DNA of 64,000 bases from an uncultured Acidobacteriaceae bacterium (GCA_963763585.1 CAVXPR010000028.1:15203-79202); one strand, 5' to 3'. Positions 28,614-38,781 are shown, numbered from the stretch's first letter. The notes: generated from the sequence alone by a model not told the origin. A program made the numbers and translations.

Positions 28614-29369
28614 ATGCAGTCCGACCCGATCGCTGAGATGCAAAGGCTCACCGCGCATTATCGTGAGCTGAGCGACGACGAACTTCGCGACCTGGCCGCC
28701 AACCTCGCCGATCTCACCGAAACCGCACAGCAAGCCTTGCGCACCGAAATGCAAAGCCGCGGCCTCCGTCTTGCCGCCCCCGATCCACTCACTGATCCAC
28801 ACGCCGACCCACTTCGCGCAACCAACTCGCCCATCGCCTCAAATGCGCCACACGTCCCGCCCGCTACATACGAATCCAGCGCGCCCACTCAAAACCTAAC
28901 CCGCAGTTTCTTCGCGTTCCGGCCCGACATCGTTCCCGACACGCCCGACACCGGCGCCGAACCCGCCGAATCTGACAGCCCGGTTGACTACACCTGGAAG
29001 ACGCCGCTCTGCGAGTGCGATACTTTGCTGCAGGCGCGCGAGCTCTCTGGAGCACTTGAGCAGGCAGGCATCGAGAGCTGGGTTGAAGCGCCGGGATCAG
29101 CCTACGGATACATAGGCTTCGGTTTCACAAAACTACGCGTCCTCGTCGCCGCCGATAGGCTCGATCAAGCGCGCGCCATCGCCGCGCAGCCCATTCCGCG
29201 GCAGATTATTGAAGATGCTCAGACAAAAATTCCCGACTACCAGCCGCCCACATGCCCCAAATGCGGCGCACCGGATCCCATTCTTGAAGGCGTCGATCCC
29301 ACAAATTCCTGGCGATGTGAGCAATGCGGCCATCGCTGGCAAGACTCCATCTCGCCTGACCCAGCCTAG
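28614..29369 (+). CDS. Hypothetical protein, DUF2007-like (PII-like fold) domain + C-terminal CxxC...CxxC zinc ribbon
   Basis: LSGALEQAGIESWVE...LRVLVAADRLDQARAI, then CPKCG...WRCEQCGHRW. TACAAT lies 7 nt before the ATG (leaderless-type start). Confidence 0.65.
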   Translation: MQSDPIAEMQRLTAHYRELSDDELRDLAANLADLTETAQQALRTEMQSRGLRLAAPDPLTDPHADPLRATNSPIASNAPHVPPATYESSAPTQNLTRSFFAFRPDIVPDTPDTGAEPAESDSPVDYTWKTPLCECDTLLQARELSGALEQAGIESWVEAPGSAYGYIGFGFTKLRVLVAADRLDQARAIAAQPIPRQIIEDAQTKIPDYQPPTCPKCGAPDPILEGVDPTNSWRCEQCGHRWQDSISPDPA

Positions 29370-29443
29370 CCAGACCCCATCTCGACCGGTCCTGCCATTG
29401 CCCGACCCAACCCGAGCCTAGCCCTAAGCCCTAAAAACCGCCC

Positions 29444-29530
29444 AAAAACGGAAAGAGCCGCCCGGCAACAGGGCAGCTCTCTCCTCAGGGAGAATAGTTC
29501 CAACGGAGCCAAAGCCATCAGAACTTTCTG
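29444..29530 (-). ncRNA. Candidate ~87-nt small RNA with its own promoter and intrinsic terminator
   Basis: Minus strand TTGACA (29564-29559), 17 nt, TAGTAT (29541-29536). Terminator GAGAGAGCTGCCC-TGTTGCC-GGGCGGCTCTTTC-CGTTTTT (29483-29444). No gene downstream on this strand before tRNA-Thr. Confidence 0.6.
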
Positions 29531-29584
29531 GCTGCATACTAGGAGCGGGGGGAAGCGGTGTCAAGAGAAAATGTTTGTGAAAAT

Positions 29585-29606
29585 AAGTATTGATGTTTCA
29601 ATACTT
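29585..29606. promoter_or_regulatory. 22-bp palindrome upstream of the sRNA promoter (candidate TF site)
   Basis: AAGTATTGA-TGTT-TCAATACTT in an AT-rich patch. Confidence 0.45.
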
Positions 29607-29738
29607 TAACAATGCATCTTGTTCAATGAGTCTGCCGATTTGTTCGCCTGGTATTCGCCTCAAATCTTTCGGCATTTCCCGTGATTTCGTAGCGTTTCTT
29701 CGGGTTTCCATCCATTTTTCCACAGGCCGGCACCGCCA

Positions 29739-30977
29739 TTAACCCTTCGGATGCGGCCCGTCAATGACTTCTATCACCGTCGCTCTTTCGTCCCATTTCT
29801 CTGCCAAATCCAGATGGATGAACTCCTCGTCATACACAGACGAGATCGGCCTGCCCCGCGCCAGGCGGTAAAGCGCTCTTCCTCCGCCGAGGAACCCTCC
29901 CAGCACAATTGCCGCCGCAGCCCCGATAATCGACAGCACCGCGATCCCCACAAGCAGCTTACTTGTCACCGCCACGTCCGATTCCACCGGTTGCGGAACC
30001 GCCGTCAGGGTCGCATCAAAGTGAACCGACTCCAGCAGCCGGTGGCTGTCGTCAGGCACCGCGTCGCCGCTCACAACCACCACCAGCGGCCCGCTGTGGC
30101 GCACCTCAAGCGACGCCTGGTCGGAATCGGTCAATGGCTTAGGCCACGGCGGCTGAGCCTGACTGCCCGCCTTCAGATACGCGCGAATGGCCGTCTCCTG
30201 CGCCTCGGCTATCTGCGGCGTCGGGTAATCGATAATCGTCAGCGTCGCCTTGCCCGATGTCAGGGAGTAGCTGGCCGTCACTGCCTCTGCGCCCTTGTCA
30301 AAGTCCACCAGGGCCGGCGGCAGCGCGCCCCCAGATCCCGCGTAGCCCGCAGGTCCCTCCGCATAATGCGTCGTCTGCCCGTCGATCTTTGCCTGCGGCA
30401 GGTTTGCCAGGATGGGCGGAATCATGGCCCGGTTTCCCGTAGGCACCGGCAACTGGCGCGCAATCTCGCGCAGCTCCCCAGCCGTCATCGGTCCGATGCG
30501 CGAAAACGTCGCATCCACAACCGTCGTTCCCTGCCAGAACAGAATTCGATTGTGGTCTGAGGCTGCGCCCGTGCCAATGTCTTCCTTGGGCCAGCCGTTC
30601 TGGCGATAAAAGGTGTATGCGCCGTAAGCTCCGCTCGCGTCGTCAAAGCGCAGCGCGCGCATGCTCAGCGTTTCGCTTCCGCGCTTGTAGTTGGCTAGCA
30701 CCGCGGCATTAAAGCCATATTCCTTCAGCGCTGCCGCGCTCGCCGCATCAACTTGCGTCGCGTCTGTCTCAACTGTCGTTGGCTCCGTCGTCACCCATCC
30801 GTCAAACGCATCGGGCAGCAGCGCTTTTGGCGATGGCGGCAAAACAATCGTCGTCGCCGACTGCTTCTCCGCCGCTGTCGGCTGCTGGCCCTGCGCCACG
30901 GCAAAAACGGCGCCACAACCCAGCCCCGCGCCACAACTCAGCACCACACAGCCCGCCGCAATTGCTATCCATCTCAT
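29739..30977 (-). CDS. Secreted/membrane-anchored hypothetical protein (DUF6599-like)
   Basis: N-terminal signal-like segment, LLPDAFDGW...ALRFDDASGAYGAYTFYR, C-terminal TM helix. Family name is from recall of acidobacterial homologs. Confidence 0.6.
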   Translation of the reverse strand: MRWIAIAAGCVVLSCGAGLGCGAVFAVAQGQQPTAAEKQSATTIVLPPSPKALLPDAFDGWVTTEPTTVETDATQVDAASAAALKEYGFNAAVLANYKRGSETLSMRALRFDDASGAYGAYTFYRQNGWPKEDIGTGAASDHNRILFWQGTTVVDATFSRIGPMTAGELREIARQLPVPTGNRAMIPPILANLPQAKIDGQTTHYAEGPAGYAGSGGALPPALVDFDKGAEAVTASYSLTSGKATLTIIDYPTPQIAEAQETAIRAYLKAGSQAQPPWPKPLTDSDQASLEVRHSGPLVVVVSGDAVPDDSHRLLESVHFDATLTAVPQPVESDVAVTSKLLVGIAVLSIIGAAAAIVLGGFLGGGRALYRLARGRPISSVYDEEFIHLDLAEKWDERATVIEVIDGPHPKG

Positions 30978-31114
30978 CAACCGGCTTCTCCATCCTTCAG
31001 CGTACACGCTGACGCGCCAACCCCGCCGCGCGCGCACCGTCCCTTATCTTCGACACTGAAGGATGCAGAAAGGTTCCCACTTAAATTTTTGCCGGCCAGT
31101 ATTCAGGGGGTTGC

Positions 31115-32188
31115 TCACACAGCTCCGCTCGTGCCCACAACAGCCGTCTGCGTCGGATAAAGAATGTCTCCCAGCGCCTTGTACCGGCTGCCGTAGAAGA
31201 TCAACGCATACTCCCGAATCCCCGTACTCAAAGGCCCACCCAGGCAGATTCCGGCCAGCAGCGCAAAGCCGAAGGCAATCACGCCAAAAAACACCTCGAG
31301 AGCAATCCCCACCAGCCACGATGCGCCCGTCGCATTCGTGAACGTCGAGTGCACTCCCCACTCAACCGCCGCAAGAGAACCCGCAAGCATCAGTCCCGGA
31401 AGAAACATCAAGAGAAACAATCCGAATCCGGCGATCGCCGGCAGAATCAGCCGCAGAATCGCGTAAACAAGAAATTGCCTCTGATCTGTCTTGATCCGCG
31501 CGCGCACCTGCCTCCATGCTTCGCCGGCCGTCGCGTTATCCAGCGCGAAGTGCGGCATCATCAAGTCACGCAAGATCAAGTCCGTCAAAAGGCCGCCCAG
31601 CATCAGCAAAATCAGAACGGGTATCAATGGCAAAATCAGAGAAAGCAGCATCCAAACGTCGAAGTGGCCTCCCTGCTGGCTCTCGTTGAACACTCGCCAG
31701 AACCCCGCTGCAAACGGAAGCGCCGCCAGCACCAGCAACCCCATAAAGCAGATTCCTACAACAACGTTCAGCCAGAAGAATCGCGACGCCCGATCGCTGT
31801 AGAGCCGCCAACCCGGCCCAATCTCTTTCGTGTTGTGGATCAGGCAATTGAAGTAGGCAAAGCGCAGCCGATTGATCAGATAGAAAACGAAAATCGCGAT
31901 CATAAACGCCAGCAGCACCGCCGCCGCGATCACAACAATGCTCTGCGGCGTCAGGTGGAACGGCCAGCCCCCGCCAGGTGTATGAAACGGCGAAGTCGCG
32001 CCTGATTCCTGTCCCGCCGCATGCCCCGCGTGCGATGTCGAAGAGCGAAGATTCCTCCCCACCCCTTCCGTAATGATCGCCACCAGTCCCAGCTTCAGAA
32101 AGGTGCTCCATTTAAATGGCCTGAAGAGGAATTGCTTGGTGCGTTCAATGGCAGGCGAAATAGCATCGACAGCGGAGATGGGCTGCAT
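31115..32188 (-). CDS. Polytopic membrane protein of unknown function
   Basis: About 6-7 hydrophobic helices; AISPAIERTKQFLFRPF N-terminus. Confidence 0.7.
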   Translation of the reverse strand: MQPISAVDAISPAIERTKQFLFRPFKWSTFLKLGLVAIITEGVGRNLRSSTSHAGHAAGQESGATSPFHTPGGGWPFHLTPQSIVVIAAAVLLAFMIAIFVFYLINRLRFAYFNCLIHNTKEIGPGWRLYSDRASRFFWLNVVVGICFMGLLVLAALPFAAGFWRVFNESQQGGHFDVWMLLSLILPLIPVLILLMLGGLLTDLILRDLMMPHFALDNATAGEAWRQVRARIKTDQRQFLVYAILRLILPAIAGFGLFLLMFLPGLMLAGSLAAVEWGVHSTFTNATGASWLVGIALEVFFGVIAFGFALLAGICLGGPLSTGIREYALIFYGSRYKALGDILYPTQTAVVGTSGAV

Positions 32189-32273
32189 TGGCGTCCTTTC
32201 CGGGGAAGCAACAGCGTACTACAGAATTACGCAGTTCTTATGCGCGAAGTTCCGCCGCCCGATTGCCCAGTTC

Positions 32274-33697
32274 TTAAGCGGGAAGCTCCGCCGCCCGGCG
32301 AACCGTCGCCCGCCCCATCGCCGCCCGCCAACCCTCAAAAGCCTCGAGCGCCCGCTCACACACCATCCGGTGCCGCTCCTTTTTGTCGCGAACCCGCTTC
32401 CGCGTCTCCCCATCCAGCGAGTCGAGATCCAGTGGCTCCAGCAGGTCAAAGGTGATGTTGGCCGGCTGAAAATTCTTCGCGTCCGCGTGCGTAATGTAGT
32501 GGATCAAACTTCCCAGCGCCGTCGCTCGCGGCACCGGCGTCGGCTCTTCGCCTCGCGCCAGCAACGCCGCGTAAATTCCCGCCAGCATGCCTGACGCAAT
32601 CGATTCCGTATATCCCTCCACTCCGCAAATCTGCCCCGCAAAAAACAGGCTTGGCCGGCTCTTCAGCCGCAGACATTCGTCCAGCAGCACCGGCGCACAA
32701 ATATAAGTATTGCGGTGAATCTGCCCGTAGCGCAGAAAGCGCGCATTCTCGAGCCCCGGAATCAGCCGCAGCACTTTCGCTTGCTCGCCGAACTTCAAAT
32801 GATTCTGGAATCCCACCACGTTGTAGCTATCGGCGCGCAGATTCTCCTTGCGCAGTTGCACCACCGCCCACGGCGTCTTCCCCGTCCGCGGATCGCGCAG
32901 CCCCACCGGCTTCATCGGACCAAAGCGCAGCGTATCGCGCCCGCGCCGCGCCAGAACTTCCAGGGGCAGGCAGCTCTCGAAGTAGTCGAGCTTCTCCCAC
33001 TCTTTTTCTTCCGCCGCCTCGGCCGCAAGCAGTGCGTCCAGAAACTGCTCGTACTCGGCGCGATCCATCGGGCAGTTGATGTAGTCCGCCGTTCCCTTAT
33101 CCCAGCGCGCAGCAAAATAAACCCGGCTCATGTCAATTGACTCCGCATCCACAATCGGCGAAATCGAATCGTAAAATGCCAGGTGTCCCGCGCCGGTCAG
33201 CCGCTCGATCTCCCGGCTCAGCGCATCCGAAGTCAGCGGCCCCGTCGCGACAATCGTGCACTTCGTGCCGTTCTCGTCCCCGCCGTTCTCGTCGTTGGAC
33301 TTGGAGCCGTGCTGAGGTCAGTCACTTCTTCCCGAATCACGCGAATCCTCGGCTCCGCCGCAATCGCCTCCCCAATCCGCCGCGAAAACTCCACGCGATC
33401 TACGGCCAGCGCATGTCCCGCCGGAACCGCCGTCTCATCCGCGATCCGCAACAGCGCCGAACCAGCGCGCCGCATCTCCTGCTTCAACAGCCAGGGCGCA
33501 GTATTCACTGACTCGCTCTTCAATGAATTCGAGCAGACCAGCTCGCCGAAGTCCGTCGTCTGATGCGCCGGTGTCAGCCGCGGCTTGCCGTCGACCATCG
33601 CACGCATCTCATACAGATCCACGTCGCAGCCCAGCCGAGCAGCCGTCAGTGCTGCTTCTGGCCCCGCCAGCCCCCCGCCAATCACGCGAATCCTCAA
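32274..33697 (-). CDS. trmFO: Methylenetetrahydrofolate-tRNA-(uracil-5)-methyltransferase TrmFO; frameshift near 33305
   Basis: VIGGGLAGPEAA, ELVCSNSLKS, IVATGPLTS, YDSISPIVD, GPMKPVGL, RYGQIHRNTYI and FAGQICGVEGYTES. TTG start overlaps the GNAT stop. Confidence 0.92.
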
Positions 33698-34209
33698 GAA
33701 GCCGGCTCCCTCAATGTCGCCCCACTCCCACCGCCGGTGGCCAGCCGCGCTATCGCTTCGCTGCCCAATCGCACGTTCCTCCACTCATCCAGAAACTCGG
33801 CTCCCAGTTCGCGATAGAAATCGATCGCCGGTGTATTCCAGTCCAGAACCTCCCATTGCAGCCGTTGGCAGCCTTTCTCCACCGCATTTAGGGCAACCTG
33901 CTTAAGCAGCGCCCTGCCAATGCCTCTGCGGCGAAACTCCGGCAACACAAAAAGGTCCTCTAAGTAAATCCCCGGCCGGCCCACCCAGGTCGAATAATTA
34001 AAGTAGTAAAGCGCGAAACCCGCCGGCTGCCCATCGTAGTCGGCAATCAGGCACTCGAAAAATGGCCTCGGTCCAAATCCGTCGCGAATCAGCCCTTCTT
34101 CCGTTGCCTCAACCGCGTCCGGCGCGCGCTCAAACGCTGCCAGCGCCCGAACAAACTCGAGAATCTGCCCCACATCCCCCGCGGTTGCCTTGCGAATCAC
34201 AATGCTCAT
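33694..34209 (-). CDS. GNAT family N-acetyltransferase
   Basis: FALYYFNYSTWVGRPGIYLEDLFVLPEFRRRGIGRALL; VLDWNTPAIDFY. Confidence 0.92.
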   Translation of the reverse strand: MSIVIRKATAGDVGQILEFVRALAAFERAPDAVEATEEGLIRDGFGPRPFFECLIADYDGQPAGFALYYFNYSTWVGRPGIYLEDLFVLPEFRRRGIGRALLKQVALNAVEKGCQRLQWEVLDWNTPAIDFYRELGAEFLDEWRNVRLGSEAIARLATGGGSGATLREPAS

Positions 34210-34576
34210 ATTCCAATTCTAGTTTGTGATCCGCGCCACAAACGCCCTTGCGCCCGTTCTACTACGATTCCAGTTGCATGCAATCCCCGCCCCGAAAAGC
34301 GTCCCGCAAGTCGCTGAACACTATCGCCATAAACCCGCCAGAACACTGGCCCACCCCGTCATTCCCGAGCTTTGACGGCCGCATCACCCAAAGCTCCTGT
34401 GGGACGATTCGCCATGGTCCCCTTGTGCGGGGCGCAGGGTTGGATTTAACGTTGTTCCTGCTGGAAATATGCCCTGCCCGATGGAGTCGCGCGTTTGTCT
34501 TCCGGCAGGTGCCTGAAATTTAGATTTTTTTAGAGACTGCGGGCAGCGCTCTTCCCGCCGCTCTCGAGGAGAAAAC

Positions 34577-35788
34577 ATGAAACGCACCTTTTCACTTTGG
34601 CTGGGCGTGACCGCTGTCGCTGGCATGCTCGCATTCGTTCTCCCGTCTGCTAATGCGCAGGGCCCATCTGCTGAAAAGATGGGCAAAATTCACGGCCACG
34701 TCATCAATCCCACAGGGCAACCCCAGGGTGGCGGCACCGTGAGCCTTTCCACCGATGGCGGCCATTCGTTGCTGGTCACCTTCCCAGTCGATTCCACGGG
34801 CGCTTACTCAGGCGAAGCGAGGCCCGGCACCTACACGCTGGTCTTTCGCGAGCCCGATACTGCTGAAGGCAAAATGGTGGACTCCATCCGAGGCATCAAA
34901 ATCGTCGCCGATGTCGATCTGGATCAGGACGACGATATGTCACGGCAGGAATACATCGACGCGATGTCGCCAGACGACAGGAAAAAACTCGACGAGCTGA
35001 AGAAGCAAAATGCTGAAGCCCTTAAGTCGAACGCGGTGATTAACTCGCTCAACGCTGACCTGAAAGTCGTTGCCGGGGACAGGAAAGACATCGACAATGC
35101 TCAGGCAACCGCGCTGCAGACGCTCGGCGCGAACGCTACCAAAACTGACCGTGACGCAAAGACTGAAGAAATCAAAAGCGCCAAGTACACCGACATCCAG
35201 AGCCTGATGACCAAAGACACGGGCCTCAAGCCCGACGAACCTCTGCTCTGGAACAACCTTGGCTTCGCGCAGGCCGGCCTGAAAGAAAACGACGACGCTA
35301 TCGCGACCTACAAGAAATCCATCGACATCGAGACCGCTTCAAAAAAGCCGCGCTTGCCCGTAATCGGTGCAGCTCAAGCCGGTTTAGGCGAAATCTATGC
35401 GCGCGAGGACAAGGTTGCCGACGCCAACGCTGCTTTTGACGCAGCCGTTAAGGCCGATCCTTCCAACGGACCTCTCTACCTGAGAAATGAAGCGGTCATT
35501 TTCTACCAGAATAACGACAATGCCGCGGAAACCGCCGCCGCCGATGAGGCCATCAAGATTGATCCCACCCAGGCCATTCTTTACTACATCAAGGGCCAGG
35601 GCTTGGTAGCCAACGCCACCGTCGATCCCAAAACTCAGCGGATTGTTTTGCCTCCGGATTGCGCGGCTGCCTACCAGAAGTATCTTGAGCTCGCGCCTAC
35701 AGGTCCCTATGCCGATGAGGTTGCGGGCATCCTGCAGCAGGCTGGAGAAAAAATCAGCTCCTCCTACAAAGCGCCCAAGGCCCACTAG
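34577..35788 (+). CDS. Secreted carboxypeptidase-regulatory-like domain + TPR protein (paralog 1)
   Basis: Signal peptide; GKIHGHVINPTG..DSTGAYSG..PGTYTL; TPR motifs (LWNNLG, AIKIDP, LYYIKGQGL, YQKYLELAPTGP). GAGGAG RBS. Confidence 0.8.
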   Translation: MKRTFSLWLGVTAVAGMLAFVLPSANAQGPSAEKMGKIHGHVINPTGQPQGGGTVSLSTDGGHSLLVTFPVDSTGAYSGEARPGTYTLVFREPDTAEGKMVDSIRGIKIVADVDLDQDDDMSRQEYIDAMSPDDRKKLDELKKQNAEALKSNAVINSLNADLKVVAGDRKDIDNAQATALQTLGANATKTDRDAKTEEIKSAKYTDIQSLMTKDTGLKPDEPLLWNNLGFAQAGLKENDDAIATYKKSIDIETASKKPRLPVIGAAQAGLGEIYAREDKVADANAAFDAAVKADPSNGPLYLRNEAVIFYQNNDNAAETAAADEAIKIDPTQAILYYIKGQGLVANATVDPKTQRIVLPPDCAAAYQKYLELAPTGPYADEVAGILQQAGEKISSSYKAPKAH

Positions 35789-35817
35789 CCCAGATCCACC
35801 AGTCGCGAACCACATTA

Positions 35818-35853
35818 AAGGGCGTCCCTTATGTGGACGCCCTTGGTTTTTTT
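35818..35853 (+). terminator. Rho-independent terminator
   Basis: AAGGGCGTCC-CTTATGT-GGACGCCCTT-GGTTTTTTT. Confidence 0.85.
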
Positions 35854-35969
35854 GTTTTTGTCCCCGCTTTCTCATCCCTGCATTTTTGCTTCCGCCCTCT
35901 TGCTTCTGTTTTCTTGTCCGTTCTTTCCAGCGCGGTCCCATTCCCGCAGGCGGTCTATGCGGATGTACT

Positions 35970-36040
35970 TTGAAAAGGGCACGACTTTAGTCGTGCCGAA
36001 AGATAGCAAAAACGGAAATGGGCTTTAGCCCCTGAGGGAA
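35970..36040 (+). repeat. REP-like double-hairpin repeat, copy 2
   Basis: GGGCACGACTTTAGTCGTGCC ... GGGCTTTAGCCCCTGAGGGA. Confidence 0.85.
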
Positions 36041-36106
36041 GGTTCTTTCAACCTGACCGACTACGCCGATTCCTCCCACCGCGCCTTTCCCTCTACAATC
36101 CATTGC

Positions 36107-37426
36107 ATGCGTTTCGCGCTGCGCTTGCGCCTGCCTGCCATCGCGGTTCTCTCCGCCCTGCTTGGACTGCTCTCTGTCGCCTTCGTGTCCGCGCAACAGC
36201 CGGCCACCACAGGCGCAATTCATGGCCGCGTCATCAATCCTTCTGGCTCGCCACAAAAGGACGGCACAGTCAGCCTCTCTGTCGACGGCGGCGTGACATT
36301 GAGCTACAACTTTCTCGTCTCTGCCACTGGCAATTACTCCGGTCAGGCGCCTCCGGGCGAATACACAATCGTCTACCGCGCGCCCGATACGCCCGAAGGC
36401 AAAATCGTCGACTACATCAGCGGAGTCATCGTCGCAGCTGGCCAGGATACGGCGCAGGACATAGATATGACCCGCGAGGAATTCGTCGCCCGCCTCTCGC
36501 CCGATCAGCAAAGGCTATTGCACGAATTGTCTGAAGCAAATATCGCCGCAGCCTCTGACGCCAATCGCGACGCCTCCGCCGTCATTGCCGACCTGCAGAT
36601 AGTGAGCCTCGACTTTCAGGCCGCGGAAAACGCGCGCGTCACTGCTGCTCAGAATCTTGGAGCGGCCGCTGGCCCTGCCGACGTGGATGAAATGACCTCC
36701 GAAATCGAGAATGCCAAGCTGGCCGAGATCGAAACCCTGATGACCAAAGACGCGTCAACCGATCCCAACGAGCCCGTGCTTTGGATCGCTTTGGCGCGAG
36801 CAGAAACCGGCCTTAAGAATTATCTCGATGGTGAAACCAACTTCAAGAAAGCGCTAGACCTCGCGCTGAAAGAAAATCCGCCTCGGCCTGAAGTCATCGG
36901 CACGGCTCAGTCTGGTCTCGGCGAAGTCTATGCCCTCACGTTGATGGTCGACGATGCCAACTCCGCCTTCGCTGCCGCCGCCAAGGCCGACCCCTCGAAC
37001 GCCAGTCGCTACCTGCGTAATCAGGCCATCATCTTCTATAACGCCAGAAACTTCTCAGCTCAAATCGACGCCGCCGACATTGCCATCAAAGCCGATCCGA
37101 ACCGGGCCGATCCCAATCAGGCCCTCCTCTATTTCATCAAGGCTCAAGGGCTCGCTGAAGACGCCCGCGTCAATCCCGAAACCGACAAGCTCATTCTGCC
37201 CCCCGGTTGCGCCGATGCTTATCGCAAGTATCTTGAGTTGGCTCCCACCGGCCCCCACGCCGCTCAGGTAACCGCACTACTCCAGCGCACCGGCGATGAC
37301 GCAAACACTCCCATTCCCGCTGCTGCCACTCCAACTCCCGACAGTCCCACTCCCGCTAGTTCAACTCCTGCCAGCCCAGCACCTCAGAAATGGCGCGCCA
37401 CATCTCCTCTACAATCCATTCCATGA
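36107..37426 (+). CDS. Secreted carboxypeptidase-regulatory-like domain + TPR protein (paralog 2)
   Basis: Colinear similarity to 34577..35788 (IHGRVINPSG, PDTPEGKIVDYISG, LMTKD, YRKYLELAPTGP); Pro/Thr-rich tail. Confidence 0.8.
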   Translation: MRFALRLRLPAIAVLSALLGLLSVAFVSAQQPATTGAIHGRVINPSGSPQKDGTVSLSVDGGVTLSYNFLVSATGNYSGQAPPGEYTIVYRAPDTPEGKIVDYISGVIVAAGQDTAQDIDMTREEFVARLSPDQQRLLHELSEANIAAASDANRDASAVIADLQIVSLDFQAAENARVTAAQNLGAAAGPADVDEMTSEIENAKLAEIETLMTKDASTDPNEPVLWIALARAETGLKNYLDGETNFKKALDLALKENPPRPEVIGTAQSGLGEVYALTLMVDDANSAFAAAAKADPSNASRYLRNQAIIFYNARNFSAQIDAADIAIKADPNRADPNQALLYFIKAQGLAEDARVNPETDKLILPPGCADAYRKYLELAPTGPHAAQVTALLQRTGDDANTPIPAAATPTPDSPTPASSTPASPAPQKWRATSPLQSIP

Positions 37427-38781
37427 GTCCTGTCGGCCGCAGCCCCAAATCGTCCAGCGCGGCGCTTCTCAGTTTCGACGAAGCCTTCGCAGTGGTCGCC
37501 GCCTGCGCCGCGAAGCTCGCCCGCACTCGCCCCACAATCGAGCGCGTCCCGCTCAATCACGCTCTTGGCCGCGTCCTCGCCGAGCCGCTCCGCGCTGACA
37601 CCGACCAGCCGCCCTTCCCTCGTTCCACGCGCGACGGCTTTGCCTGCCGTGCCGCGGAAGCCTCCACGCATCGCTCACTCGTCGTCGCCGGCTCAACCCG
37701 CGCCGGGCAAACTCCATCCTGCCCACTTCCGCGCGGCGCAGCCTGGGAAATCATGACCGGCGCTCCCGTCCCTGCCGGCGCTGACGCCGTCATCATGCTG
37801 GAGCACGTCGAAGATTCCGTCGCCCACGTTGAAAATTCGCACGTCAAAACGTCTCGCGCCCACGCCGACAAAACTGGCCCCGCATCCGCGCGCACCATCC
37901 ATCTCCTGCCTCCCCGCACCGTCCGCAAAGGAGAAAACATCGTCGCTCGCGCCGCACAAGCGCGCAAAGGGGAGGAACTTCTTCCCGTAGGCTCCTCAAT
38001 CGCCGCCGCGCAGATTGCGCTCGCCGCGTCCTGCGGCTCAACCGCGCTGAATGTCTTCGTGAAGCCCCGTGTCGCCATCCTCTCTACCGGCGACGAGCTC
38101 GTTCCCATCCACTCCACTCCCGGCCCCAGCCAGATTCGCAACTCCAGCAGCGCCATGCTGGCCGCAATGGTCTCAGCCGCCGGCGGTGATCCGTGGATTC
38201 TGCCCATCGCCCGCGACACTGCCAAATCCCTCGATGCCGCGCTCGCCCGCGCATCAAGTGCCGATCTTTTGCTCATCACCGGCGGCGTCTCTGCCGGCAA
38301 ATTCGATCTCGTTGAGCCAGCCCTCATCCGTGCGGGCGCGCGCTTTCACTTCACCGGCGTCCGCATCCAGCCCGGCAAGCCACTCGTCTTCGGCGAGATT
38401 CCCCATCGCCCCACAACCCTCGACCAAAACAAGAACGGCACGAAGGCTGCTGCTTCGGACTGCCCGGCAATCCCGTCTCCTCCGCCGTCACTTTCCTGTT
38501 CTTCGCCGCGCCAATCGTCGCCGCACTCGCCGGACGCAGCGCACTGCGGCCCGAATTTCGCCCTCGCGCGCCTCACCGAAGACGTGAAAACAAAACCCGG
38601 CCTTACCCGTTTTCTCCCCGCCGCATGCACTTTCGCCGGCCCCACGCCTGAAGTAGCTCTCGTTCCCTGGCAGGGATCTGGCGACCTCGCCGCCATGGCC
38701 CGCGCCAACTGCTTTCTCGTCGTGCCTGAAGACGCCGATCGCCTTCGCGCAGGCTCGACTGTCCGCATTTTGCTTCCATAA
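37423..38781 (+). CDS. moeA: Molybdopterin molybdotransferase MoeA (two compensating indels near 38450 and 38550)
   Basis: LGRVLAE, PPFPRSTRDGFA, IMTGAPVP, VAILSTGDEL, TGGVSAGKFD, IQPGKP and QGSGDL. The conserved FGLPGNPVS lies in another frame. Confidence 0.92.
   Translation: MSPVGRSPKSSSAALLSFDEAFAVVAACAAKLARTRPTIERVPLNHALGRVLAEPLRADTDQPPFPRSTRDGFACRAAEASTHRSLVVAGSTRAGQTPSCPLPRGAAWEIMTGAPVPAGADAVIMLEHVEDSVAHVENSHVKTSRAHADKTGPASARTIHLLPPRTVRKGENIVARAAQARKGEELLPVGSSIAAAQIALAASCGSTALNVFVKPRVAILSTGDELVPIHSTPGPSQIRNSSSAMLAAMVSAAGGDPWILPIARDTAKSLDAALARASSADLLLITGGVSAGKFDLVEPALIRAGARFHFTGVRIQPGKPLVFGEIPHRPTTLDQNKNGTKAAASDCPAIPSPPPSLSCSSPRQSSPHSPDAAHCGPNFALARLTEDVKTKPGLTRFLPAACTFAGPTPEVALVPWQGSGDLAAMARANCFLVVPEDADRLRAGSTVRILLP

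Noticed and set aside
34260-34576. Possible Moco riboswitch in the long 5' region upstream of the TPR-TPR-moeA-moaC run
   Set aside because: Some pairing (GCAGGG...CCCTGC) is present but I cannot match Moco-motif conserved elements, and a strong terminator at 35818 separates it from moeA.
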